From positions 32,001 to 96,000 of the forward strand of contig CAXFSR010000009.1 of assembly GCA_964005815.1 (NCBI GenBank): a stretch of DNA of 64,000 nt, read 5' to 3'. Of this stretch, positions 31,573 through 41,695 are shown in pieces; the first letter of the stretch is position 1, and every line of letters starts with the position of its first letter. The notes below the pieces were generated by a model that ran no database searches, was not told the DNA's origin, and was given only the letters and a program-made list of their open reading frames with translations. Both the position numbers and the translations under genes were made by a program. The stretch is from an uncultured Nitrospinaceae bacterium. GTDB lineage: Bacteria; UBA8248.

Positions 31573-32655
31573 TTAAACCATTGGGATTTTGATTTTTTCT
31601 CCGGTTTTTGCTGATAAATCAATAGCCATCGTTAGTTCTACAGTTTGTCTTCCTTCTTGAGCTGTGGTGTGTTGACAGGGATGACCAGTCGCGAGGTGAT
31701 CAAGCCACGTTCTAGTTTCATTCGCGATGGGTCCCCAATAATCTCCCATAGACCAATCTCCAGAAGAGTTAGTTTGCATAAAAACAAGGCTCGATTGGTG
31801 TCCTGGGACATAAGCGTGTGGAACACCTTTGTCTGTATAAAGAAGACTGTCTTTATTATCGGTGTCTAAAAGAATAACACCATCGGTTCCTAGTACTTCG
31901 AAACGAGCGCTCTGCCCGTGAGTAGGATATTTTGCTGGTAATGCGTAGCAGATTCCTAGATTGACGACGGCTCCGTCTTCAAAAGTGATAATTGCCCAAG
32001 TTACATCTTCTGATTCGTATCCCATCTTCCTGAAAACTTTTCCATTTGCCCTTGCTACAACTTCTACCGGTTTTATTCCAGCTTTAAACCAACAAACCAT
32101 ATCTACATAATAGGTTAGAGCGTCCATAACCATTGTAGCATGAGGAGAACGAATCAAAATTTGTTCCATCTGTGCTCTTGAATTATAGACCCTTGCATTT
32201 ATTGCAATGATTTCTCCTAATCTTCCTTGATCTACTTGTTCTCTTGCAACCATCCATCTCCTGTCGTGTCTTCTTGAATATCCCACTCTGAGCTCAACGC
32301 CTGTTTTTTCTACGGTTTCAACAATTTTATTCGCGTCTTCTAGAGTTAATGCTAGTGGTTTTTCAACAAAAACAGGCTTTCCTAGTTCCAAAGCTTGAAT
32401 GATAGATTCTGTATGGTCATGTTCAGGTGTAGATACTATTACCGTGTCTACTTTAGGATGTGAGATTATTTCATAATTATCGTCTGTCACAAGGTTGGCG
32501 GCTACACTTTCACCAAGTGTTTCAGCCCTCTCTTTTTCTTTGTCTGATATAGCTAGAAATTCCAAAGAAGGATGTTTACTTACCATGTTGGCTCTAAGAG
32601 TACCGATACGACCAGATCCTACTACTGCTACTCCTAATCTTTTGTTACGTTCCAT
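31573..32655 (-). CDS. Gfo/Idh/MocA family oxidoreductase
   Basis: VVGSGRIG, STPEHDH and VFVEKP. Confidence 0.9.
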   Translation of the reverse strand: MERNKRLGVAVVGSGRIGTLRANMVSKHPSLEFLAISDKEKERAETLGESVAANLVTDDNYEIISHPKVDTVIVSTPEHDHTESIIQALELGKPVFVEKPLALTLEDANKIVETVEKTGVELRVGYSRRHDRRWMVAREQVDQGRLGEIIAINARVYNSRAQMEQILIRSPHATMVMDALTYYVDMVCWFKAGIKPVEVVARANGKVFRKMGYESEDVTWAIITFEDGAVVNLGICYALPAKYPTHGQSARFEVLGTDGVILLDTDNKDSLLYTDKGVPHAYVPGHQSSLVFMQTNSSGDWSMGDYWGPIANETRTWLDHLATGHPCQHTTAQEGRQTVELTMAIDLSAKTGEKIKIPMV

Positions 32656-32854
32656 TTTCGAACTCCCTATTTAAAAACGTCTATATTCCGATTAATTTTT
32701 ATTTCCAAGTTGGAATATTTCTTAAATGTTTAGATACTGTATTCTAAAATTGTTCTCATATCATAATCAAATGGGTGAAGAAAAATGTATTTTTTTGCCT
32801 TTCAGCATATTTTTCTAAATGTACTTTTTGTGTTTTAAATTGTTTAGGAGGAAA

Positions 32855-33247
32855 ATGATGAACGACAATAAAAGTAAAGAATTAATTGAACAGACAATTA
32901 AAGACCGAGGATGGGTTTTGCCAGAGCAAGAATTCTATATAAACAAGGATCCAGATTATCATATTAAACAAAGTGCTTTGTACAATCATGTTATTAAAAG
33001 AGAAGGTGCTCTGAGTGAAAAATTCCGGGAACTAATAATTATTGCAGCTCTTTGCGTTAGACTTCCAGGACCAGAAACAGAAGTTTATGTTATGAATCAC
33101 ATTAGAAGGGCGTTAGAACTTGGTGCAACTGAAGACGAAATATTTGAAACCGTCCAGTGTCTTATCTTTCCCTCAGGAGGTCCTTCTTTAATGATGGGGG
33201 TAAAATGTTTGAATGCGGTCTTAAACGAGAATAAAAACGATTCCTAA
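32855..33247 (+). CDS. Carboxymuconolactone decarboxylase (CMD/AhpD-like) family protein, no CxxC
   Basis: LSEKFRELIIIA...HIRRALELGATEDEIFE; start chosen after GGAGG. Confidence 0.8.
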   Translation: MMNDNKSKELIEQTIKDRGWVLPEQEFYINKDPDYHIKQSALYNHVIKREGALSEKFRELIIIAALCVRLPGPETEVYVMNHIRRALELGATEDEIFETVQCLIFPSGGPSLMMGVKCLNAVLNENKNDS

Positions 33248-33266
33248 AGTTATTAAAGGAGGGAAA

Positions 33267-34007
33267 ATGGATAAAGGAATTTATGCTATTTGGTACGATC
33301 TTAAAGAAGAAGACGAAAAGGAGTATCTGTCTTGGTTGCATGAAGAATATTTGCCTAAAAATGTTTTGAAACGTTCAGGATATTTGTGGGCTGCAAGTTA
33401 CGAATTGATTGATCGAAAAGCAGATTCTTCAAAGGTAAAATCACATCTGTTTTATACAGATGATTCTGAAATTCCGAATGGAACAGAATTTTTGCTTTTG
33501 ATTGGCGGACTGAGTTGTGATGTATTTCTGAATCCAAACCCTACACAGATTCTTGAAAGAGAGACGAAAGATACAATTGATATGCTTCAAAAGAGGGTTG
33601 GAGAGAGAGCATGTATCTTTACGGAGGTAGATAGAGTGAAAGGACCAGATGCTCACACTAGAGCTGATGGTGGTGTTCCTGCTCCTATAATTCAAATGGG
33701 AAGTTATAATTGCTTTACTCCTGAAGATGATTTCGATTTAAGTTCATGGTATGCCCAACATAGATTGCCAGAAATGAAGCATATGAGAGGTGCGGTAGGA
33801 GCCAGAAAATTAGTTTCTGCTGCGGGATGGGCTAAACATAGTATTTTTTATGAATTTTCTTCACTGGATAAAGTTGTCAAATATTTCCCAAGGGCGGATA
33901 TATTGATGGAAGGTGAAAACGACTGGACTTATCATGTTTGCAAGAGACTATTGCATGCACCTGGTTCTCCTACTAGGGCGAAGCGGATTTGGCCTGTTGT
34001 AGAATAA
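33267..34007 (+). CDS. Hypothetical protein with two EthD/DUF4286-like alpha+beta barrel repeats
   Basis: Repeated EYLSWLHEEYLP / DLSSWYAQHRLP motif; paralogue at 45099. Confidence 0.5.
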   Translation: MDKGIYAIWYDLKEEDEKEYLSWLHEEYLPKNVLKRSGYLWAASYELIDRKADSSKVKSHLFYTDDSEIPNGTEFLLLIGGLSCDVFLNPNPTQILERETKDTIDMLQKRVGERACIFTEVDRVKGPDAHTRADGGVPAPIIQMGSYNCFTPEDDFDLSSWYAQHRLPEMKHMRGAVGARKLVSAAGWAKHSIFYEFSSLDKVVKYFPRADILMEGENDWTYHVCKRLLHAPGSPTRAKRIWPVVE

Positions 34008-34029
34008 TAAGTTGGAAATGGAGGGTTGT

Positions 34030-35037
34030 ATGAGTTCTTCTAATCTTAAAATTAATGATGAAATTTCTATTTTATTTACTGGAGATATAGAAATAAATCG
34101 AGAAAATCCTGAGAAGGTTTTTGATAACATCATAGATGAATTCGAAAATGTTGATTTTAGATTTGGTTTTTTGGAATCTTCTCTTTCTCATAAGGGTGAA
34201 CCAGCGCAAGGCAAAATAGTGATGCGTCATGATCCAAGAATGATAAATGGATATATAGCTGGCGGTTTTGATGTTCTTGGTTTCGCCACTAATCATTGTC
34301 TAGATTATGGGTTTGAGCCTTTTGTCGATACACTTGAACTTCTCGAAGAGAATGGGATTCAATATACAGGTGCGGGGAGAAATATTGAAGATGCGAGAAC
34401 TCCTGTAGTCATAGAATCACTTGATACAAAGATAGGATTTCTCACTTATATTCTCAATATCCCAATGGGGTGGGGTGCACAACCAGATAGACCAGGTGTT
34501 GCTCCTATAAGAGAAGATCCTCTTTTTGGTCCACCATACGTGAATGAAGAAGATCTCGAATCAATGATTGAAGATGTGAAGGAAACTAAAAAAAATGTGG
34601 ATATTCTTGTTGCTACATTTCACTGGGGGGCTAGCCAGAGCAGAACTCTTACTCTTTCTCAAAAAGCAGTTGCTCATACTGCAATTGATTCTGGGGTTGA
34701 TTTAGTCGTCGGGAGTCATCCACATATTATACAGGGAATTGAGGTGTATAATCATAAAGCAATCTTCTACAATTTAGGTAATCTTGTACTTGATCACGAT
34801 CATCCTATGTTTATGCCGACAGTCAAAGAGTCCATTTTACTGAAATGTACAATTCATGAAGGTGAAATTGCCGATTTGTCATTTTCTCCCACTTACATTG
34901 AAGATGATGGTCGTCCAGTTGTCTTGGATGAGAAAGATGAAAAATTTAAAGTAATTCAAAGAAATTTGGAGAAAATATCTGCAAAGTTAGGAACTGAATT
35001 TAGACTTGAAGAAGGTAGATTTGTTTTGTCAATATGA
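34030..35037 (+). CDS. CapA/PgsA-family metallophosphoesterase
   Basis: FTGDI, TNHCLDYG, FHWG, GSHPHIIQ and YNLGN. Confidence 0.88.
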   Translation: MSSSNLKINDEISILFTGDIEINRENPEKVFDNIIDEFENVDFRFGFLESSLSHKGEPAQGKIVMRHDPRMINGYIAGGFDVLGFATNHCLDYGFEPFVDTLELLEENGIQYTGAGRNIEDARTPVVIESLDTKIGFLTYILNIPMGWGAQPDRPGVAPIREDPLFGPPYVNEEDLESMIEDVKETKKNVDILVATFHWGASQSRTLTLSQKAVAHTAIDSGVDLVVGSHPHIIQGIEVYNHKAIFYNLGNLVLDHDHPMFMPTVKESILLKCTIHEGEIADLSFSPTYIEDDGRPVVLDEKDEKFKVIQRNLEKISAKLGTEFRLEEGRFVLSI

Positions 35038-35070
35038 AAATTTTATCAATTTTGAAGAGAGGATGATTTT

Positions 35071-35907
35071 ATGAAATTTGGTCTTTGTTATTTTCCAACA
35101 GACTATTCAACACCTCCTGATAAAGTTGCTTTAGAAGCTGAGAAGAGAGGATTTGAATCGCTCCTTTTTCCTGAACACACACATATTCCCGTTTCTAGAA
35201 AAACTACGTGGAGTAGAGGGGGGGATGTTCCGAAGGAATATATTCACAGTTTTGATCCTTTTGTAGCTCTTGGTTCTGCAGCCTCGGTAACAGAGAAAAT
35301 ACTCCTTGGCACTGGTATATGTCTTGTAATTGAAAGAGATCCTATAATTTTAGCGAAAGAGGTTGCTACATTAGATTTTATTTCTAATGGGCGAGTTCTG
35401 TTTGGTATTGGAGGTGGATGGAATAAGGAGGAGATGAAAAATCACGGAACAGATTACCCAGTAAGATGGAAAATCCTCAAAGAACGTATAGAGGCTATGA
35501 AAGAGATTTGGAAAGAAGACCAAGCAAGTTATCATGGAGAATTTGTTCAATTTGACGAAATCTGGTCTTGGCCAAAACCGAAGCAAAAGCCACATCCTCC
35601 AATTTTAATAGGTGGTGACGCAGATAGAACTTTCCAGAGAATACTTAGCTATGGGGATGCTTGGATGCCGTATCCAAGAAAAGGAGATTCTTTTTCTGAA
35701 AAAATCAAGATACTAAATGATATGGCTTCCGATAAAGGTAGAAGTCCTGTGCCTGTAACAATGTTTGGTGTTGATTCTGACCCAAAAGTTGTAGAAGGAT
35801 TTATTAAAGATGGAGCAGACAGAATTTTGTTTTGGTTATCTTCTGAAGGTGAAAAAGAAGTCTTAGGAACAATGGATAGTTTAGTTTCAATAATGGAAAA
35901 ATTTTAG
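35071..35907 (+). CDS. LLM-class putative F420-dependent oxidoreductase (Rv2161c-like)
   Basis: PEHTHIP, DPFVAL, RDPIILAKEVATLD, GGWNKEEM and PKPKQKPHPPILIGG. Confidence 0.85.
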   Translation: MKFGLCYFPTDYSTPPDKVALEAEKRGFESLLFPEHTHIPVSRKTTWSRGGDVPKEYIHSFDPFVALGSAASVTEKILLGTGICLVIERDPIILAKEVATLDFISNGRVLFGIGGGWNKEEMKNHGTDYPVRWKILKERIEAMKEIWKEDQASYHGEFVQFDEIWSWPKPKQKPHPPILIGGDADRTFQRILSYGDAWMPYPRKGDSFSEKIKILNDMASDKGRSPVPVTMFGVDSDPKVVEGFIKDGADRILFWLSSEGEKEVLGTMDSLVSIMEKF

Positions 35908-35921
35908 AAAAAATAAATTTT

Positions 35922-37382
35922 TTATGTAAATTTTGCTTTTTTCCCAGGGGCTGGAGTCGTGTTGATTCCTCCTCGTTTTAGAAGGTAGTCTCTTCCCCCG
36001 TAAGATTCAACTAATTCTCTTTGATCTTTCTTTGCAGATTTGTCAGTTTTTTCTGGATCTAGCATTTCTCTTAGTATATTTTCATATTCAATCAAAGTTT
36101 CCTTAGACTCTGGTTCTTTTGATATATCATTTAATTCTTCAGGGTCGTTTTCTAAGTTATAAAGTTCAGGTCTGTAGCCGGCATAGTGGATATACTTATA
36201 TTGGTCTTTTCTTATCATGTAGGATGCCGAAATCGATCCAGCAGCGTGATATTCACTAAAGATAATACGAGACATGTCTGCTGAATTGTTTGCAACTGAG
36301 AACAAAGATTTCCCCGGTCTTTTTTTATCCTCTTCGTTTAATTCGATACCCATACTTTCTATAATAGTCGGATAGCAATCTACAAGTGAAACAGGAGTTT
36401 CTACAACAGAATCTTTAGGAAATCCTTCTCCTGACACAATCATTGGAACTGAAACTGATTCTTCATACATTGTAGCTTTTCCCCATAGATTTCTAGCTCC
36501 AAGATTATCTCCATGGTCACCTACAAACATAATTCTAGTTTCTTCTTTGATGCCGCTTTCTTCAATCGAGGAAATAATTTTCCCGACGTTCTCATCAACA
36601 AAACTGCATAACCCATAGTAAGAAGCGATTGCAATCTTTCTTTTTTCATCATTCTCAAAATGTTCATTGAAAGTCCAGCATTTTTCAAAAGCATCCCACC
36701 ATGGATGGTCAATTTCTTCTTTGCGTTGTTTCGGTAGTTCAATTTTATTTAGAGGATACAATTCATAAAATTCTTCTGGAACGATAAGGGGATAATGTGG
36801 AGAAATGAAAGAAACAAAAAGAAACCAAGGCTTATCGGATTTCTTATTTGCCATATCTTGAATCCATTCACAACTTTTATCCCTTATTTCCCTGTCATAT
36901 TTGATATATTCGGTTTCTCCGGGCCCAATTTCAAGTGCAAGATCTCTGCTTTGTTTTCTAACAGGCAAGTCTGGTTCGCGAATAGATCCAAAAACATCTC
37001 CTTGACCATCTAAAGCGTGCATAGGTGAAATCTGTTGATCAAAACCCGTTGGGTCAGTTGTATTTCTATAATGCAGTTTTCCTATAGAGGTTACACTATT
37101 TCCTGATTCTTGAAGTCGGTGCCCCCAACCTTTTACTTTTCCATCATAGGGAGATGCATTATCCCAATTTCCAGTTTCGTGGACGTACTTCCCAGTGGCA
37201 AAACTAGCTCTAGATGGAATACAAACTGGTGAATTTGTATATCCATTTCGAAAAAGAGTCCCGTTTTTCGCTAAGAGATCTAAATTTGGAGTTTTTACTA
37301 TTGGATGTCCATAACACCCAAGTACTTTTGAATTGTGTTCATCTGCCATAATGAATACAAAATTTTTACCTTTTTCAGACAT
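35922..37382 (-). CDS. Sulfatase (formylglycine-dependent, choline-sulfatase-like)
   Basis: MADEH, CIPSRASFATG (CxPxR), GKLH and DHGD. Confidence 0.9.
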   Translation of the reverse strand: MSEKGKNFVFIMADEHNSKVLGCYGHPIVKTPNLDLLAKNGTLFRNGYTNSPVCIPSRASFATGKYVHETGNWDNASPYDGKVKGWGHRLQESGNSVTSIGKLHYRNTTDPTGFDQQISPMHALDGQGDVFGSIREPDLPVRKQSRDLALEIGPGETEYIKYDREIRDKSCEWIQDMANKKSDKPWFLFVSFISPHYPLIVPEEFYELYPLNKIELPKQRKEEIDHPWWDAFEKCWTFNEHFENDEKRKIAIASYYGLCSFVDENVGKIISSIEESGIKEETRIMFVGDHGDNLGARNLWGKATMYEESVSVPMIVSGEGFPKDSVVETPVSLVDCYPTIIESMGIELNEEDKKRPGKSLFSVANNSADMSRIIFSEYHAAGSISASYMIRKDQYKYIHYAGYRPELYNLENDPEELNDISKEPESKETLIEYENILREMLDPEKTDKSAKKDQRELVESYGGRDYLLKRGGINTTPAPGKKAKFT

Positions 37383-37524
37383 TTGGACCTCAAAAAATTT
37401 TTTAAATTTTAGAGTTAGTTTGTTTTAAAGATTAATTCAATGGTAAATAGATAAGATAACTGCAATCTTAAAACAAAAAAAGCAGTAGTTGTTTTTTTTA
37501 TCAATATCACAGGATTAAGAGAAA

Positions 37525-38610
37525 ATGAAAATTATCGATTGTGATGTTCACCCAAGAATGAATTCAATGTCCCAGTTGCATCCGTATCTTACTGAAGAAT
37601 GGAGGCAAAGGATGGGTGTGCAGACTTCAAGTAAAGGTTCAGATTCTAATACCGCAAGGAATGTTTTTACAATTCCAAAACGCTGGTATTTCCATCCTCA
37701 TGGTGCAGAGAGAAACGATGCTATTCCTCCAGATGGAGGAAGACCGGGTTCGGATCTGAAGTATTTTTGTGAAAAGCATTTAGATTTTTTTGAAATTGAT
37801 CATGCGATTATGATTTCTGGAGATCTCTTTGGGGTTGGAGGTTTGCCTGATGCAGATATGGCTGCAGCGTTTATATCCGCAAATAACGATTGGCTCTTGC
37901 ATGAATGGGCAGAAAAAGATTCTCGACTTAAGCTCGCAATTAATGTTGGACCAAGGGATCCAAATCTTGCTGTTCAAGAAATTGAACGTTTAGGTGGAAA
38001 TGATTCTGTTGTTCAAGTTCAGATTCCAGAATTTGATGTTCTCTTAGGTAATCGACATTTTTATCCTATTTATGAGGCAGCGGAACGTTATGGACTTCCC
38101 ATTGGCTTCCATGGTGCGGGAGAGTCTGCGGGTGTAAATACTCCAATGAGTCCCGTTGGCATTCCTTCTTATTTCATAGAGGTACATACCGGTATGCCTA
38201 TGATAGGACAAGCTCACGTAATTAGTTTGGTCGCAGAAGGAGTTTTTGAAAGATTTCCAAAACTTAAATTTGTTTTTCAAGAGGTTGGTTACGCATGGGT
38301 GCCAAGTGTCATGTGGAGATTCGATCAAGAATGGAAATCTATGCGGAATGAAGTTCCTTGGTTAACTAAACCTCCAAGTGAATATATTCTAGAAAACGTT
38401 CGTTTTACTACACAACCAATTTGTGAAGCCCCAGATAATTTGCAGCATATGCAATTATTAGACATGTTACATGCAGACAAAACATTAGTGTTCTCTTCTG
38501 ATTATCCTCATTGGGATTTTGATGATCCAAGGAAAATTTTTACAGGTCTATCGGATCAAGTTAAGAAACGAATTTATTTTGAATCAGCGGCAGAATTGTA
38601 TGATTTTTAG
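37525..38610 (+). CDS. Amidohydrolase_2 family TIM-barrel metalloenzyme
   Basis: IIDCDVH, GVFERFPKLKFVFQEVG and FSSDYPHWD. Confidence 0.88.
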   Translation: MKIIDCDVHPRMNSMSQLHPYLTEEWRQRMGVQTSSKGSDSNTARNVFTIPKRWYFHPHGAERNDAIPPDGGRPGSDLKYFCEKHLDFFEIDHAIMISGDLFGVGGLPDADMAAAFISANNDWLLHEWAEKDSRLKLAINVGPRDPNLAVQEIERLGGNDSVVQVQIPEFDVLLGNRHFYPIYEAAERYGLPIGFHGAGESAGVNTPMSPVGIPSYFIEVHTGMPMIGQAHVISLVAEGVFERFPKLKFVFQEVGYAWVPSVMWRFDQEWKSMRNEVPWLTKPPSEYILENVRFTTQPICEAPDNLQHMQLLDMLHADKTLVFSSDYPHWDFDDPRKIFTGLSDQVKKRIYFESAAELYDF

Positions 38611-38612
38611 AA

Positions 38613-39710
38613 CTAGATTTTAAATTTAAATTTATTGATAGCATCTTCATTAACTTCTACACCGAAACCTACACCTGATGGCACCTGTACTTTTCCGTTT
38701 TCCACTTTAAATCCTTCGACTATATCTTCTGAGTGCCATGATGGAGATTTTCCTGATTCATTAAAAACTATATTTGGTGTAGATGCGAAGAAGTGCGCAC
38801 TTGCTACGTCGTTCAAAGCACTGTGGATTACGCTTCCACATAAACCTTCTATTCCAGAAACTTCAATACAAGCGGCTACCTTTTTACAGTTAAGTAATCC
38901 CCCTTCTCTATTGATTTTTATATTGACAATGTCTGCAGCTCTCCTTCTCAAAACTTCCCCTAAATAGTCTGGTCGGAGAGATTCGTCTGCGCAAATTGGT
39001 ATGCGGGTATTTTTAGTAACGAATTCAAGACCATCAATATCATGTCCCGGTACGGGTTGTTCAAGCATTGTGATCGAAAAAGGTTCTATGAGTGAACATA
39101 CTTGAATAGCTAACTTAGGAGTCCAACTCATATTTGCATCTACTACTATTTTCGAATCTTCTCCTGCAGATTCTCGTGCACTTTGTACCCTTTTCACACT
39201 TGTCTTGATATCTCTATTCATCTTTACTTTAAAAGCAAAAATTCCTTTTTCTTTTGACTCATTAACTAGTTCTGCTGTTCGTTCAGGTGATTCGAGAGGA
39301 AGAATATCAAAAGCGGGCATTTCATCCCTAACTTTACCTCCAAGTAAATTATAGACAGGCGTATTCAATATTTTTCCAAGCAAATCATGTAGAGCGCAAT
39401 CTATTGCAGATTTTGGGGAGTGATGAAAAGGGATTATCCTATCCATTTTTTCAAGTATTTGTTCCCTTTGGAAAGGATCCTGTCCCTCTACGACTGGTAC
39501 TAGAAGTTCTTCTAGAATTTTATATGCACTTTTTAATGTTTCTCCGGTAGGGAATGTGCGTAAGGCCGCCGCACCCCAACCGGAGACTCCATTAGCATTT
39601 ATTCTAACGACTATATCCTCAGAATGCGCGGTCATCCTTGTGGCACTCTTGTAAGGATGATTTAATGGTATTGCTACGGGGAATAAATCAATACGGTCAA
39701 TCTTTGACAT
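38613..39710 (-). CDS. Mandelate racemase/muconate lactonizing enzyme (enolase superfamily)
   Basis: FKVKM (KxK), DAN, EQP, DES, NIK and GVGFG. Confidence 0.9.
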   Translation of the reverse strand: MSKIDRIDLFPVAIPLNHPYKSATRMTAHSEDIVVRINANGVSGWGAAALRTFPTGETLKSAYKILEELLVPVVEGQDPFQREQILEKMDRIIPFHHSPKSAIDCALHDLLGKILNTPVYNLLGGKVRDEMPAFDILPLESPERTAELVNESKEKGIFAFKVKMNRDIKTSVKRVQSARESAGEDSKIVVDANMSWTPKLAIQVCSLIEPFSITMLEQPVPGHDIDGLEFVTKNTRIPICADESLRPDYLGEVLRRRAADIVNIKINREGGLLNCKKVAACIEVSGIEGLCGSVIHSALNDVASAHFFASTPNIVFNESGKSPSWHSEDIVEGFKVENGKVQVPSGVGFGVEVNEDAINKFKFKI

Positions 39711-39711
39711 A

Positions 39712-40518
39712 TTAATTTGCCTCGTCTACCAGTTTTTCAAGTTGAGGAGTAGATCGTACGGATGCGTATCGAACTGAACCTTCGCTCGAAGCTTTTAAGC
39801 TTCTTTCAGATCCTTTAGGAATTTCGATGACATCACCTTCCCCTACAGTTTTTTCTTCATTATCAACCTTTGCATGAAGAGAGCCAGACAGTATTAGTAT
39901 GAATTGTTCTCTTTGACTAATTGAAGTTGGTTCTTCCATTTCTGCAGGCATTTCTACAAAACCAAAAGAGAGTCTTTCTCCTTGAATCCAGTTTTGTTGA
40001 TATCCAGTTCTTTCAGGAGCATCAAGAGAATCTATGATGGGATAGTAGTTATTTTTAATTCCATCAATAATAATTTCGGATTTTGATGCGTCTCTTTCTT
40101 GTTCTGCCCATGAACCTGTATCATGTTTTTCATTTATTTCGTCTACTGTGGGAGCTTGTTCAGGGGGAGCTTCGTCTGCAGCAAGTCCTACTACGGTCCA
40201 TGTATGATCTTTGACATATAAATATTCCATTTTTTTATCTTCTGTTGCGAACATTGAGTGTCTAGCATAAGGAGGTACGTGGACAAAAGTTCCTGGGGAA
40301 ACAATCTTTCTTTCTTTACCAACCATTGCATTTATTCTTCCTATCAAAGGAAAAATCATAAGTTCATTTGGATGATAGTGGTATTGGGAACCGGTACCAG
40401 GTTCTTTTCTTACTTTACAGAAGTACATATATTTGCCCTCTATGACTGGACCTTCGCCTGAGGATAAATGGGGACTAAGATATTTGGCTTCAAAATCTTC
40501 AAATCTATGAAACGGCAT
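39712..40518 (-). CDS. Bicupin protein
   Basis: First cupin has HYHPNE...H; second cupin has EQFILILSG...GDVIEIP without the His ligands. Confidence 0.8.
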   Translation of the reverse strand: MPFHRFEDFEAKYLSPHLSSGEGPVIEGKYMYFCKVRKEPGTGSQYHYHPNELMIFPLIGRINAMVGKERKIVSPGTFVHVPPYARHSMFATEDKKMEYLYVKDHTWTVVGLAADEAPPEQAPTVDEINEKHDTGSWAEQERDASKSEIIIDGIKNNYYPIIDSLDAPERTGYQQNWIQGERLSFGFVEMPAEMEEPTSISQREQFILILSGSLHAKVDNEEKTVGEGDVIEIPKGSERSLKASSEGSVRYASVRSTPQLEKLVDEAN

Positions 40519-40698
40519 TTTTCGACTCCTTGAGGAAAAAGTTTACGTACTTTTTTTAGATAAACAAACCTATATTTTTTATGACTAAAGGTCAACTTTT
40601 CGTCATACATATAATTAATCTATGGAAAACTGTTGAACGGTATGTGATGAAGTGTTAGATTTTGAACCAATTTTAAATTTAATCTAGAGAGGAAGAAA

Positions 40699-41694
40699 AT
40701 GTCAGAAGGTAATGTTCGTCTCGGTGTTGTTGGGCTAGGTGGTTGGGGAAAGATGCTTGCTAACGCTTCTTCAAGAGCAGGGAATGTTGATCTTGTTCGT
40801 TGTTTTGCAAGAACGAAAGAAACTAGAGATTCTTTTTCTGAGGAATTTGGCTGTAAAACGGCAGAAAGTTATTCTGAAATTTTAAATGATGACGAAGTAG
40901 ACGGAGTAATTCTGACGACTCCCCATTCGACACATGTTGGAATGATTTGTGAAGCTGCCAGTGCTGGCAAACACGTTTTTGTCGAAAAACCACTTACCCT
41001 TACTGTTGAAGATGCAAACAAATCGATTGATGCAACATCAAGTGCAGGAGTTATTCTGCAAGTTGGTCATCACAGAAGAAAGCAAGGTGCGAATAGAAGA
41101 ATTAAGACGATGATAGAAGAAGGAAAGCTTGGTGAAATCCATCAGCTTGATGCAAATTTGTCGAATGTCGGAGGTCAAAATGTACGTGCAGGATGGAGAA
41201 ATGATCCAGAAGAATGTCCTGCTGGTGGAATGACGGGTCTCGGTGTCCATATGATAGATAATTTAATTTATCTTGCTGGAACAGTTAAAAGAGTTTCTGC
41301 ATTTAGTAAAAAACTTTTTGGAAAAACAAATCTTGACGATGTGACAAGTTTTATTTTGGAATTTGACAGTGGTCCACTAGGTTTTATTAATACAACATAT
41401 GTTGTTCCCAAGATTTGTTTGACTGCTGCATATGGAACGGAAGCTTCAGCATGGAGTGAAGAGGAAGGTTCTAGACTCTTTTTTCAAGGCAAAGACGAAA
41501 ATACTAGAAATGAAATTCCTGTGGAAGAAGGAGATGCCTTGGCAGAGCAAATTAAAGAATTTTCTGATTGCATAAAGAATAATTCTAAACCAGAAGTTAG
41601 TGGTACAGAAGGACGGGATGTAATAGCAGTTTTACAGTCGGTTGTAGAGAGTGCTAATACCGGAAAAGTGGTTGAAATAAAACAATTCATGTAG
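40699..41694 (+). CDS. Gfo/Idh/MocA family oxidoreductase
   Basis: VVGLGGWG, TTPHSTH, HVFVEKP and GVHMID. Confidence 0.9.
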   Translation: MSEGNVRLGVVGLGGWGKMLANASSRAGNVDLVRCFARTKETRDSFSEEFGCKTAESYSEILNDDEVDGVILTTPHSTHVGMICEAASAGKHVFVEKPLTLTVEDANKSIDATSSAGVILQVGHHRRKQGANRRIKTMIEEGKLGEIHQLDANLSNVGGQNVRAGWRNDPEECPAGGMTGLGVHMIDNLIYLAGTVKRVSAFSKKLFGKTNLDDVTSFILEFDSGPLGFINTTYVVPKICLTAAYGTEASAWSEEEGSRLFFQGKDENTRNEIPVEEGDALAEQIKEFSDCIKNNSKPEVSGTEGRDVIAVLQSVVESANTGKVVEIKQFM

Positions 41695-41695
41695 T

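Noticed and set aside
34030..35037. Poly-gamma-glutamate capsule locus
   Set aside because: Only a stand-alone CapA-like phosphoesterase is present, with no capB/capC and no signal anchor.
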